Part shown: piece after piece, positions 54,465 to 63,802 of the stretch
How positions within the stretch are numbered: position 1 is the first letter of the stretch
Layout of the letters: the number at the start of each line of letters is the position of its first letter
Origin: a virus
Lineage: Duplodnaviria > Heunggongvirae > Uroviricota > Caudoviricetes
Length of the DNA stretch: 64,000 nucleotides
Virus record (IMG/VR): IMGVR_UViG_3300027708_003081
Strand: one strand, 5' to 3'
Program-made: the position numbers and the translations under genes
The notes under the pieces: generated by a model
Told to the model about the DNA's origin: nothing
What the model saw: the letters and a program-made list of their open reading frames with translations, nothing else
The model's database searches: none

Positions 54465-54968
54465 ATGGCAAGGATAATAAGAATAACAGAAAATGATTTA
54501 GTAAAAATTGTTAAAAGAGTAATAAAAGAACAACCTGGTCTTTTTGATGTTGCTTCAGACCCAGCTTTAGCGGGTGTTATCTTTACTCCAGGAATAGAGA
54601 AAGGAGGATGTAAAAAAGAAAATCCTGCAAAAAATAAATTAAGTCAACTTCTTACTTATTGCGGTAAAATTCAACCTGATTCAAATACTACTAAAATAAA
54701 GGCGTGGAATGACAGATTATACAAGTCTATGAAAGGGAGAGGAACAAATGAAGATTTTATTAAAGTATTAGATGAAATTAAAACGGTTAATGAATTATCA
54801 GCAATTTGGAAAACATTTAAATATGATAATCAAAATCTTTGGCGATGGATGGAAGGTGAGATGAAGTATAATTGGGATGACACTTGGAATCGATTAAAAA
54901 AATTCCAAACAATTGCTAAAATACCAACTTGTTTAGAATATAATAAAAATACGACAACAAACTCATAA
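54465..54968 (+). CDS. Annexin-repeat-like protein with MARIIRITENDL leader
   Basis: LYKSMKGRGTNE..I.VL......EL..I...F....L...M.GE resembles the annexin MKG.GT.E repeat. Confidence 0.55.
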   Translation: MARIIRITENDLVKIVKRVIKEQPGLFDVASDPALAGVIFTPGIEKGGCKKENPAKNKLSQLLTYCGKIQPDSNTTKIKAWNDRLYKSMKGRGTNEDFIKVLDEIKTVNELSAIWKTFKYDNQNLWRWMEGEMKYNWDDTWNRLKKFQTIAKIPTCLEYNKNTTTNS

Positions 54969-54977
54969 TATAGTAAG

Positions 54978-55313
54978 ATGAAACTAAAACCATTTGAGAA
55001 ATTTTTAAAGTATAGTGATTTTGATAAAAAATTCCTCTCAATTTACAAAGAGTTAAGGGAATTATTTCAAAGATACGAATGGAGTGAAAAAGATTTGGAG
55101 AAACCTCCATTTTATACAGAAGAATTGATGAGGTTGCATCACACTATGCAAAATGAAAAATTGACTTTATTTAACGACTTAAAATCTTATTTTGATATTA
55201 CTTGGGAAGAATTTGAAGAATATATGATTCCAAAGTTAAAACAAATAAACGAATTAACACCTTTAAAAGATGGCAGTAAAAAGAGAGATGATAGATGGGA
55301 CGAAGATTATTAA
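54978..55313 (+). CDS. Hypothetical protein
   Basis: ORF track. Confidence 0.75.
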   Translation: MKLKPFEKFLKYSDFDKKFLSIYKELRELFQRYEWSEKDLEKPPFYTEELMRLHHTMQNEKLTLFNDLKSYFDITWEEFEEYMIPKLKQINELTPLKDGSKKRDDRWDEDY

Positions 55314-55512
55314 TGAAATTGAGTCCTCAAACATTAAAAAAACAACATTTGATACAGAGACAAAATCACTTATTACAGAATTTAATAACGGGTTAGTTTA
55401 TGAGTATGAAAATGTCCCCCACCAAATCTACACAAAATTTAGAACCGCAGAATCTCAAGGAAAATTTTTTATGGCTGAAATAGCAAAAAAATACAAATAT
55501 AAAAAACTCTAA
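55270..55512 (+). CDS. KTSC-domain protein
   Basis: ESSNI....FD.....L..EF.NG.VYEY.NVP..IY..F..AES.GKFF. Confidence 0.9.
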   Translation: MAVKREMIDGTKIINEIESSNIKKTTFDTETKSLITEFNNGLVYEYENVPHQIYTKFRTAESQGKFFMAEIAKKYKYKKL

Positions 55513-55533
55513 TTATCCAACTATTTATTATTA

Positions 55534-56274
55534 ATGAAAGATTTTCAAAAAATATTGAATAGTTTTGAAGTTAGGGATACTCTAAATCCCAAAGTTTGGG
55601 AAAATTCCGCAGAACCAAAAAAAGCAAAACTTAAAAATAATATTAGAACAAAATTATTAAAAATTGCTGATGAATTTTCTGATGAATTGGGTGAAGATGT
55701 ATTCATAGTAGATATTCATTTAATGGGTTCATTAGCCAATTTTAATTGGTCGGAATATTCAGATTTTGACTTACACCTTTTAGTTGATTTTGAAGGTTTA
55801 GATAATCCTGAGCTTTATAAAGAAATGTTTGATTTGAAAAAAGATGCATTTAATGATAAACATGATATAAAAATTTATGGTTTTGATGTTGAGGTTTACG
55901 CCCAAGATGCAAAAGATGAAAAATTTAGTGAAGGTATATATTCTGTAATGTATGATGAGTGGGTTAATGTTCCGCCAAAAAAACATAAGAATATTGATAT
56001 GGAATTATTAAAAACCAAAATTAAAACTTGGACATCAAAGATAGATAAGGCTCTTGAAGAAGCCAAAGAGGGAAATGATGGGAAAAAATTAAAAGACTTA
56101 AAAGAAAAGATTAAAGAATATAGACAATCAGGTTTAGAAAAAGAAGGGGAACTTTCTTATGAAAATTTGGTTTTTAAGTATTTGAGACGTTCAGGGTATA
56201 TCGGTAGGTTATTTGAACTTAAAACAAAACTTAAAGATAAAGAATTATCTATTGAAAGAAAAACGATAGAATAA
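55534..56274 (+). CDS. Pol-beta superfamily nucleotidyltransferase
   Basis: LMGSLANFNWSEYSDFDLH (GS..DxD) and VEVYAQD third acidic residue. Confidence 0.8.
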   Translation: MKDFQKILNSFEVRDTLNPKVWENSAEPKKAKLKNNIRTKLLKIADEFSDELGEDVFIVDIHLMGSLANFNWSEYSDFDLHLLVDFEGLDNPELYKEMFDLKKDAFNDKHDIKIYGFDVEVYAQDAKDEKFSEGIYSVMYDEWVNVPPKKHKNIDMELLKTKIKTWTSKIDKALEEAKEGNDGKKLKDLKEKIKEYRQSGLEKEGELSYENLVFKYLRRSGYIGRLFELKTKLKDKELSIERKTIE

Positions 56275-56335
56275 AATATTTACTATTTATTGTATATTTA
56301 TAAAGAAAAATTAAAATAATTTAAAAACTCAAAAT

Positions 56336-57565
56336 ATGGGAGACTTAAAACCGCTCGGAAGTGAAAAATTGGAAGGGCAAGAAAAAATCAAGAGAATAAT
56401 TGAACTCTCAAGATATAATGAAAATAGACCATCCAACATCAACGAAACATCTAGGTCAGAATATGGGATTAGTTTAGCAGATGGAAATAACTATGAAATT
56501 GTAAAAGAAAAACAGGGTTATATCATCAAAAAAACAATTTCTGAATCTGCGACTGATTATATTGAACCTATGAAAAACAGAAAGTATTATTCTTCGTATT
56601 CTCAGGCTCTAAAAAGATTAAATCTTTTAACAAAAGAAGTTAATAGATTGACTGAGAATGAAGAAGGTACTTCTTTATTTGGAGAACAAAAAAAGTTTGT
56701 TTTAAAAACTCCAAAATCTGCTCCGGCAGGAGATGAACCTATTGCGGAACTTCCTCCACCATCAGAACCACCAGCAGTACCAACACCTGAATTACCAGCT
56801 TCACCTGATGCAACACCTCCTTCACCTGAAGGGGCTGAAATACCAACAGGAGATATGGAAGGAGGAGATATGCCTGATATGGGTGATATGGGAGGCGATG
56901 AAGGAATGCCTGATATGGGTGAAAAAGAAGAAGAAGTTACATTCAAATCAATTCAAAAACTTACAGGTAAATTAACCCAGAAAATGAGAGAATTTGATAA
57001 TGAAAAAGGATTAACATCTGAGAATATTAAGTACGTTATTAATATGGTTTTATCTGCCGCTGATTTGAAAAATTTATCAGAAGAAGATAAGGAAGATATT
57101 ATTTCAAAATTTGACGAAGAAGAAGGGATGGAAGATATGGGCGGAGAAGAAGAAATACCTGATATTCCTGATATGGGCGGAGAAGATACGGGAGGTGAAA
57201 TGCCTGATATGGGTACAGAACCTGAAGGAGAGATGGGTGAAATGTATCATTCAATAATTGATAGCATTTTTGGTGAGTCAAAAATTGATAAAGTTATTTC
57301 AAAATATTTCCAAGTTTCAGATAAAGAACAAAGAATGATTAAAGAAAGTCAACAAAAAAGAAAATTAGTTACTAAATCTGATGCAAAAAGAAAAATGAAA
57401 GACGTTATCAAATTAAGTGAAACTATTGAACAAGAACTTGCATCACAAAAATTTTTAGAAGAAAATCGTACCTTTGTTTTTGTTGGTAAAACAAATAAGA
57501 AAAATTTGGTTTTTGAAAATAAAGATAAACAAATTAAAATTTCACCTGAAGGACTTGTTCTATGA
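56336..57565 (+). CDS. Acidic Pro/Gly/Met-rich protein, probable prohead core or scaffold-type protein
   Basis: PDMG/DMGG repeats, many (I/L)xE sites; lies upstream of terminase and portal. Confidence 0.6.
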   Translation: MGDLKPLGSEKLEGQEKIKRIIELSRYNENRPSNINETSRSEYGISLADGNNYEIVKEKQGYIIKKTISESATDYIEPMKNRKYYSSYSQALKRLNLLTKEVNRLTENEEGTSLFGEQKKFVLKTPKSAPAGDEPIAELPPPSEPPAVPTPELPASPDATPPSPEGAEIPTGDMEGGDMPDMGDMGGDEGMPDMGEKEEEVTFKSIQKLTGKLTQKMREFDNEKGLTSENIKYVINMVLSAADLKNLSEEDKEDIISKFDEEEGMEDMGGEEEIPDIPDMGGEDTGGEMPDMGTEPEGEMGEMYHSIIDSIFGESKIDKVISKYFQVSDKEQRMIKESQQKRKLVTKSDAKRKMKDVIKLSETIEQELASQKFLEENRTFVFVGKTNKKNLVFENKDKQIKISPEGLVL

Positions 57566-57957
57566 GTTATCTAATTTATGTTAATGGTTTGGGACCAAAC
57601 TTTAAAGGTGATAACATTTATGAATTTATTTTTTCGGATGAACAAGAAGTTTGGGGAGATGGATGGGATAGTAAACCTTGTAATGGTTACCCTTTACCAC
57701 CTGAACTAAAATATATTACAAAAGTAGGAGTTTTGAGGGACACTAACATAAAGTTGGAGTTAATTCAAAACTCCGATTATTTTTCGATGATTGATGCTGT
57801 TGATGGGGTTGTCGCTTTAGCGTGGGAAGAGGATGATACGGTTAAACAACCGAGAATGGTTTTTAGGTTTAATGATACAGAACAAAAAATAAAAGATTTA
57901 TTATACGAAAAGGATTTAATCCTTGAGTTTGAAAAAAAAGTTGTATATGAAAAATAA
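57562..57957 (+). CDS. Hypothetical protein
   Basis: ORF track. Confidence 0.8.
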   Translation: MSYLIYVNGLGPNFKGDNIYEFIFSDEQEVWGDGWDSKPCNGYPLPPELKYITKVGVLRDTNIKLELIQNSDYFSMIDAVDGVVALAWEEDDTVKQPRMVFRFNDTEQKIKDLLYEKDLILEFEKKVVYEK

Positions 57958-58720
57958 TATAAAGGCACTTCAACTGATAAAATCAGGATTATCATCCAAG
58001 ACTGTTTCAAAGTTAACAGAATCTCAAATTGATGAGTTACATAGTAAAATGATTGGTGAACAAATTACCACATTACCATCTCAACCGTCTTATAAAGTTG
58101 GAGATAAAGGGGGGACACTACCTGCTAGTGATAAAGGTTACGCAATTAAAAAAAATCCTTTAGATAACTCCATAACCGCAACAAAAATGGAAGGAGAAAT
58201 GGAGGAGGGTAAAAATAAAGTTAAAAAATCTGAACCTAATCCTTGGGCAATATGTCACTCTCAAGTTGGACCTAAAAAAACAAGAAAATTTGAAAGATGC
58301 GTTCAAGCAGTAAAAAAAAGTTTGAAAGAAGGAAAAAATCCTGTATCTTTGTTTTTAGAAAACGAAATTATGAGAATAGTAGAAAAACATATACCACCAA
58401 GAATCAGTAAAGGTGATTTATTACAATATCTTTCAGAAGATACAACAACCGCACCTACAAAACCGGTGACAAAACCTACAACTAGACCAAGACCAATAAG
58501 TCCCGGTCAAAATCCAAATCCTGGTGAGAAAGAAGCTCCAAGGGCGAATACAACAACTGCACCAACAAAACCAATAACAAAACCTACAACTAGACCAAGA
58601 CCAATAAGTCCCGGTCAAAATCCAAATCCTGGTGAGAAAGAAGCTCCAAGAGCAATTTCACCTGAAAGAGCAAAAACTGAAGTAATTAACGCAATAATGA
58701 AAATTTTAGACAATGAATAA
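57947..58720 (+). CDS. Hypothetical protein with NPWAIC motif and internal 36-aa duplication
   Basis: Start revised to ATG 57947. Confidence 0.8.
   Translation: MKNNIKALQLIKSGLSSKTVSKLTESQIDELHSKMIGEQITTLPSQPSYKVGDKGGTLPASDKGYAIKKNPLDNSITATKMEGEMEEGKNKVKKSEPNPWAICHSQVGPKKTRKFERCVQAVKKSLKEGKNPVSLFLENEIMRIVEKHIPPRISKGDLLQYLSEDTTTAPTKPVTKPTTRPRPISPGQNPNPGEKEAPRANTTTAPTKPITKPTTRPRPISPGQNPNPGEKEAPRAISPERAKTEVINAIMKILDNE
58441..58653 (+). repeat. 108-bp in-frame tandem duplication (TTTAPTKP.TKPTTRPRPISPGQNPNPGEKEAPRA x2)
   Basis: Units start at 58441 and 58549, near-identical. Confidence 0.92.
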
Positions 58721-60053
58721 AAAAAGAATAAAAGAACAGATTGATTACGGCGGTAGACCTGAAAGAATGGACCCAAATTTGGAAAGAAAATTGGGTGACC
58801 CCGAAAGTTTATACGCTAAAAATCCGGCTTTAAAAGGTGGAGTACAAGACGTACAAAAACTTGTTTCATCAAGATTTGGAAAAGTTGTTGATAAACTAAA
58901 AGAAGTTACAGGTATTCAAGATTTAAGTGCTGGACAAGTTAAGCAAATGCTTATGGGTGAAATGATGAGAAAAGCCCAAGAAGTTATGAATTTAGAATCA
59001 AGAGTAAAAGAACCTCTTAAAGATTTGGCTGTTGAAATTTGTTTAGATGAAACTGAAGCTGACCCAAGTTGGTATATTATTGACCCTCGTTTAGGGGAAC
59101 AAATCGACGTTTCAAATTTTAGATACTCTCCCGAAGAACCAAAAGATGATGATGAAGAGGATGAAGAAGAAGGCGATAAAAAACCAAAGTTAGAAATACC
59201 ATCTTTTGATATTGAAGATTTAACACCTGAAGAAGAATTTGAGTTAGAAAAACACAAAAGAAATATTATAAACGCACTTATTCAAGGTGCCGCAAAAAAA
59301 GGACACTACGTATTTCAAAAACCTGAAGTTAAAAGAAGATTAGACGCAATCAATCCAAGATTATATCCTAATTATTTAACAATAATGGCTATTAATGATT
59401 TCTTCTATTTTAGTATGGAACAAATGATTGAAATGATGTCTGAAACAGGACAAGGTGTTGCCGGTAAAGTAGAATTAGACGAACCTGACGAGGAAGATTT
59501 AGATAATTTTGAAGAACAAGGTGGAGATAGAGAAGAGGCACCCGATACAAAAATTGTTGCTACAGGAGCATTTTTCCCAATCTTATGTCACGAAATTATT
59601 AAAGGAATTGAAGCGTCTAAAGGTAGGCACGGATTACCAAAAGAACCAAGTATGAGAGCAAATGTGATGGGACAAACTGATACTTTGGCAAATGAGCCGA
59701 TGCAATTGAGAATTGGACCTGAAATTTATGAAAAATTAAGATTTACATTACCTGATGAAATGTTTGATGAAGACAATAAAGGTTTAATAAATTGGTTCCA
59801 TATTCAACTTTACCAAATTCCAGCTCAAGAGTTTTTGCAGATAATGGGTGATGTAATTTCAACTGATGAGAAAAAAAATAAGAAAGCAACCTCAAGATTT
59901 GAAGAAATTATGCGTGAAGCTCAAGATTTAAAATCTGAATATGATAATTGGAAAAAAGAAGAAAAAGGTGAAGAACCTTCTAATGATGGTGAAGATGACG
60001 ACGATGATTTGGATGATTTTTTAAGTGGTTTAGGTATATCGATGCCAAAATAA
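58713..60053 (+). CDS. Conserved acidic hypothetical protein of the head module
   Basis: ORF track; KR.IINALIQGAAKKGH, FP.L.HE.IKG motifs. Confidence 0.8.
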   Translation: MNKKRIKEQIDYGGRPERMDPNLERKLGDPESLYAKNPALKGGVQDVQKLVSSRFGKVVDKLKEVTGIQDLSAGQVKQMLMGEMMRKAQEVMNLESRVKEPLKDLAVEICLDETEADPSWYIIDPRLGEQIDVSNFRYSPEEPKDDDEEDEEEGDKKPKLEIPSFDIEDLTPEEEFELEKHKRNIINALIQGAAKKGHYVFQKPEVKRRLDAINPRLYPNYLTIMAINDFFYFSMEQMIEMMSETGQGVAGKVELDEPDEEDLDNFEEQGGDREEAPDTKIVATGAFFPILCHEIIKGIEASKGRHGLPKEPSMRANVMGQTDTLANEPMQLRIGPEIYEKLRFTLPDEMFDEDNKGLINWFHIQLYQIPAQEFLQIMGDVISTDEKKNKKATSRFEEIMREAQDLKSEYDNWKKEEKGEEPSNDGEDDDDDLDDFLSGLGISMPK

Positions 60054-60120
60054 AATAACATAATAATATTAAAACCCTCCCTTAGGCGACTATTGGAGGG
60101 TTTTTACTATTTATAATAAT

Positions 60121-61884
60121 ATGACGAAAGAACAATTAATAATTGAAGTTACAAAGTGTATGAGAGATACTCCATATGCGTTAAGAACGTATTTACAAAC
60201 TTTTGATAATACAAAATCAAAGTATGTACCATTAGACCTATTTCCAGACCAAATTAGTCTTATTGAGGACTACGAAAAATACAACGAGAATATCGCCCTA
60301 AAATACAGGCAGGCGGGTGTTTCTACGGTAACTGCGGCGTGGGCCTCAAAAAAACTTGCGTTTGCTAAAAAAAGCAAACCTGAAAAAGTTTTGATTATTG
60401 CAAACAAACTTGATACGTCAGTTGAGATGGCAAATAAAATAAGAGCCTTTACAGAACAATGGCCGTCTTGGGTTGGTATTGGATTTTCGGCCGAAAAGAA
60501 CGCCGCAAGACATTTTAAGTTAAATAATGATTGTGAGGTAAAGGCGGTTGCAACATCAAAAGATGCTCTTCGTGGTTATACACCTACTATCCTTATTTTT
60601 GATGAAGCGGCGTTTATTGATGCGGATTCAGACTTTTGGGCGGCTTGTATGGCATCACTATCTACGGGTGGTAAGGTTATTGTAGTATCAACACCAAACG
60701 GACAGGACCCGATTTATTACGAGATTTACGACCAAGCATTAAGAAGTATGAATGACTTCAAGATTTCTGAAATGTTTTGGTATAAAGACCCGAGATATAC
60801 AAAAGATTTGTATATGGTTAAAACAACCGATTTGGTTCATTTCTTACTTAATATAGAAGAATATCCAAAAGATGCAATTGTTGATTTAAGTGTTGATAAT
60901 CCATATGAAAGAGACCACGAAATTACAAAAGATTATATTGAACAGGGATATAAACCTTGTTCTGATTGGTTTGAGAAAATGGTTAAAAAACTTAAATTTG
61001 ATAGGAGAAAAGTGGCTCAGGAGTTGGAATGTAACTTTTTAAGTTCGGGTGATAACGTGTTTGACTCCGAAACATTACAAAGAATTAAAAATAATACAAT
61101 ACAGGAGCCTAAGGCAAAACTTATGGGTAATGCTTTATGGATTTTTGATGAACCTGAAGCGGGACATAAATATGTTATGGGTATTGACGTTTCAAGGGGA
61201 GATTCTGAAGATTTCTCTTGTATTCAAATAATTGATTTTGATGAAAGAAAACAGGTATTAGAATATGTTGGAAAAGTACCACCCGATATTGTTGCAGAAA
61301 TAGCCTATAAATGGGGTACGATGTATAATGCTTACTGTGTTACGGATTTAACAGGAGGAATGGGTGTTGCAACTGCAAGGAAGTTACAGGAGATGAATTA
61401 TAAGGGTGGTATGTACGTAGATAACGTGGATACTCAAAATAAATGGAAATGGGACCCAAAAATGGCTGAAAAAATACCAGGAATTAATTTTAACTCCAAA
61501 AGAGTTCAAATTATTGCCTCTTTTGAAGAAGCAATTAGACATAATTTTGCGGTTCGTTCAAACCGACTCCATAATGAAATGAATGGGTTTGTTTATATTA
61601 ATGGAAGACCTGACCACCAAAAAAACGGACACGATGATTGTATTATGTCTATTTCTATGGCAATCTATGTTGGCGAAAAATCATTTCAACAATTAGAGAA
61701 AAATGTTAACCAAACAAAGGCTATGATTAATTCGTGGGCAACATCAGTTAATGAAGATAGAAACTCTTCAAACTTCTTTAACCCTTTAGTACCTCAAGCA
61801 GCACCAAAAATGGGACATTTCCCAAGTCAAGGACCTGGTATGGAAGACTATAAAAAATATGGTTGGTTATTTGGTGGTAGATAA
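60121..61884 (+). CDS. terL: Terminase large subunit (T4 gp17-like)
   Basis: KYRQAGVST Walker A, LIFDEAAFI Walker B, VSTPNG coupling motif, QELEC.F, MGIDVS.G..ED nuclease, HDDCIMS. Confidence 0.95.
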   Translation: MTKEQLIIEVTKCMRDTPYALRTYLQTFDNTKSKYVPLDLFPDQISLIEDYEKYNENIALKYRQAGVSTVTAAWASKKLAFAKKSKPEKVLIIANKLDTSVEMANKIRAFTEQWPSWVGIGFSAEKNAARHFKLNNDCEVKAVATSKDALRGYTPTILIFDEAAFIDADSDFWAACMASLSTGGKVIVVSTPNGQDPIYYEIYDQALRSMNDFKISEMFWYKDPRYTKDLYMVKTTDLVHFLLNIEEYPKDAIVDLSVDNPYERDHEITKDYIEQGYKPCSDWFEKMVKKLKFDRRKVAQELECNFLSSGDNVFDSETLQRIKNNTIQEPKAKLMGNALWIFDEPEAGHKYVMGIDVSRGDSEDFSCIQIIDFDERKQVLEYVGKVPPDIVAEIAYKWGTMYNAYCVTDLTGGMGVATARKLQEMNYKGGMYVDNVDTQNKWKWDPKMAEKIPGINFNSKRVQIIASFEEAIRHNFAVRSNRLHNEMNGFVYINGRPDHQKNGHDDCIMSISMAIYVGEKSFQQLEKNVNQTKAMINSWATSVNEDRNSSNFFNPLVPQAAPKMGHFPSQGPGMEDYKKYGWLFGGR

Positions 61885-61922
61885 GTATTTATAATATTGA
61901 TTACTTCAATTAAATTTATTAT

Positions 61923-63779
61923 ATGGCTGAAAATAACAATTTAACGGTATGGCAGAGGCTCGGTAAGACATTCGGACCCAATTCTTTGCTAGGACAAGAC
62001 TACCCCCAATTTAAACTTGATAAAACAGAATTATTAAGAACTAAAGATAAGGGAGAATACGAAAGAGAAAAACTACAGGCTCAACAAACATTTTATTTAG
62101 CACAACAGTGGGCTAAAGTAGAGAATAATTTATACTCTCAAGCAATTTATTACGAACCAACAAGATTATCTTCTGTTTATGATTATGAATCTATGGAGTA
62201 CACTCCCGAAATTTCCGCAGCGTTAGACATATATGCAGAAGAATCTACAACAGTTAATGAAGATGGATTTATGTTACAGATTTATTCCGAATCAAAAAGG
62301 ATTAAGTCTGTATTGGCGGATTTGTTTAATAATGTTTTAGATATTAATACAAACTTACCGATGTGGACAAGAAATACTTGTAAATTTGGTGATAATTTTG
62401 TTTACTTAAAATTAGACCCTGAAAAGGGTGTTGTTGGTTGCCAACAGTTACCTAATATTGAAATTGAAAGACACGAAGTTGGTATGGGTGATAAACACCC
62501 TGTAGATTTAGGTAAGACTGAAGCTAAAAAGGCGTTAACTTTTACTTGGAAACAAAAAGCAATTACATTCCAATCTTGGGAAATTGCTCACTTTAGATTA
62601 TTAGGTGACGATAGAAAACTTCCTTATGGTACTTCTATGTTGGAAAAGGCTAGAAGAATTTGGAAACAATTATTATTATCTGAAGATGCGATGTTAATTT
62701 ATCGTACCTCAAGAGCACCTGAAAGAAGAATTTTTAAAGTGTTTGTTGGTAATATGAATGATGAAGATGTTGAACCTTACGTAAACCGTGTTGCCGATAA
62801 GTTTAAAAGACAACAAGTGGTGGATAAAAATACAGGTAATGTGGATATGAGATTTAATCAAATGGCGGTTGACCAAGATTATTTTGTACCTGTTCGTGAC
62901 CCAGCCTCACCGAGTCCAATTGAGACATTACCGGGAGCAACAAACCTATCAGAAATTGCGGATATCGAATATATCCAAAAGAAATTATTAACGGCTCTTC
63001 GTGTTCCTAAAGCATTTTTGGGTTTTGAGGAAGTTGTAGGTGACGGTAAAAATTTATCATTACAGGATATTCGTTTTGCAAGAACAATCAATAGAATTCA
63101 AAAAAGTATGATTCAAGAGTTAAATAAAGTTGCAATTGTGCATTTATTTTTACTTGGATTTGAAGATGAATTATCAAATTTCACTTTAGGTTTAACTAAC
63201 CCGTCTACTCAGGCGGACTTGCTTAAAATTGATGTTTATAAAGAAAAAATTCTTTTATATAAAGATTTGGTTTCAGACCCAGGAAATGGTATTCAAGCAG
63301 TTTCTTCCACTTGGGCTAAAAAACATATTTTTGGTTTTTCAGATGAAGAAATTAGAGTTGATTTATTACAACAAAGATTTGAGAAGGCAGTGGGAGAAGA
63401 ACTTAAATCAACAGCAACAGTTATTACTAAAACAGGTTTATTTGATACTATCGATAAGCTTTATGGTAACAACGCAAGTGGTGGAACATCTACTGCAGGT
63501 GCTGAACCTGCGGGTGAAGAAACTTCAGCACCACCTGATTTAGGGGGAGGGGGAGCTCCACCACCTGAAGGAGGCGATTTAGGGGCACCGCCACCACCTC
63601 CACCAGGAGGAGAAGCACCACCTGAAGGAGGGGGAATAACTCCTGAATCAAGAAAGAATAACTTAAATATTTTAGTTGAAAAAAGGTTTATAGAGGGTTC
63701 GGTAATACTAGATGTTGAAACCGGTATAGATTCACTTAATGAAATGGATATAGAATTAGATAAGTTATTAAATTCGTAA
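61923..63779 (+). CDS. Portal protein (T4 gp20-like) with Pro/Gly-rich C-terminal tail
   Basis: PEI.AALDIYA.E, L.EDAMLIYR..RAPERRIF...VGN, DYFVP.R, I.TLPG..NL..I.DIEY..KKL..AL.VP. Confidence 0.93.
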   Translation: MAENNNLTVWQRLGKTFGPNSLLGQDYPQFKLDKTELLRTKDKGEYEREKLQAQQTFYLAQQWAKVENNLYSQAIYYEPTRLSSVYDYESMEYTPEISAALDIYAEESTTVNEDGFMLQIYSESKRIKSVLADLFNNVLDINTNLPMWTRNTCKFGDNFVYLKLDPEKGVVGCQQLPNIEIERHEVGMGDKHPVDLGKTEAKKALTFTWKQKAITFQSWEIAHFRLLGDDRKLPYGTSMLEKARRIWKQLLLSEDAMLIYRTSRAPERRIFKVFVGNMNDEDVEPYVNRVADKFKRQQVVDKNTGNVDMRFNQMAVDQDYFVPVRDPASPSPIETLPGATNLSEIADIEYIQKKLLTALRVPKAFLGFEEVVGDGKNLSLQDIRFARTINRIQKSMIQELNKVAIVHLFLLGFEDELSNFTLGLTNPSTQADLLKIDVYKEKILLYKDLVSDPGNGIQAVSSTWAKKHIFGFSDEEIRVDLLQQRFEKAVGEELKSTATVITKTGLFDTIDKLYGNNASGGTSTAGAEPAGEETSAPPDLGGGGAPPPEGGDLGAPPPPPPGGEAPPEGGGITPESRKNNLNILVEKRFIEGSVILDVETGIDSLNEMDIELDKLLNS

Positions 63780-63802
63780 TATTTATTATAAAATATATTA
63801 AA

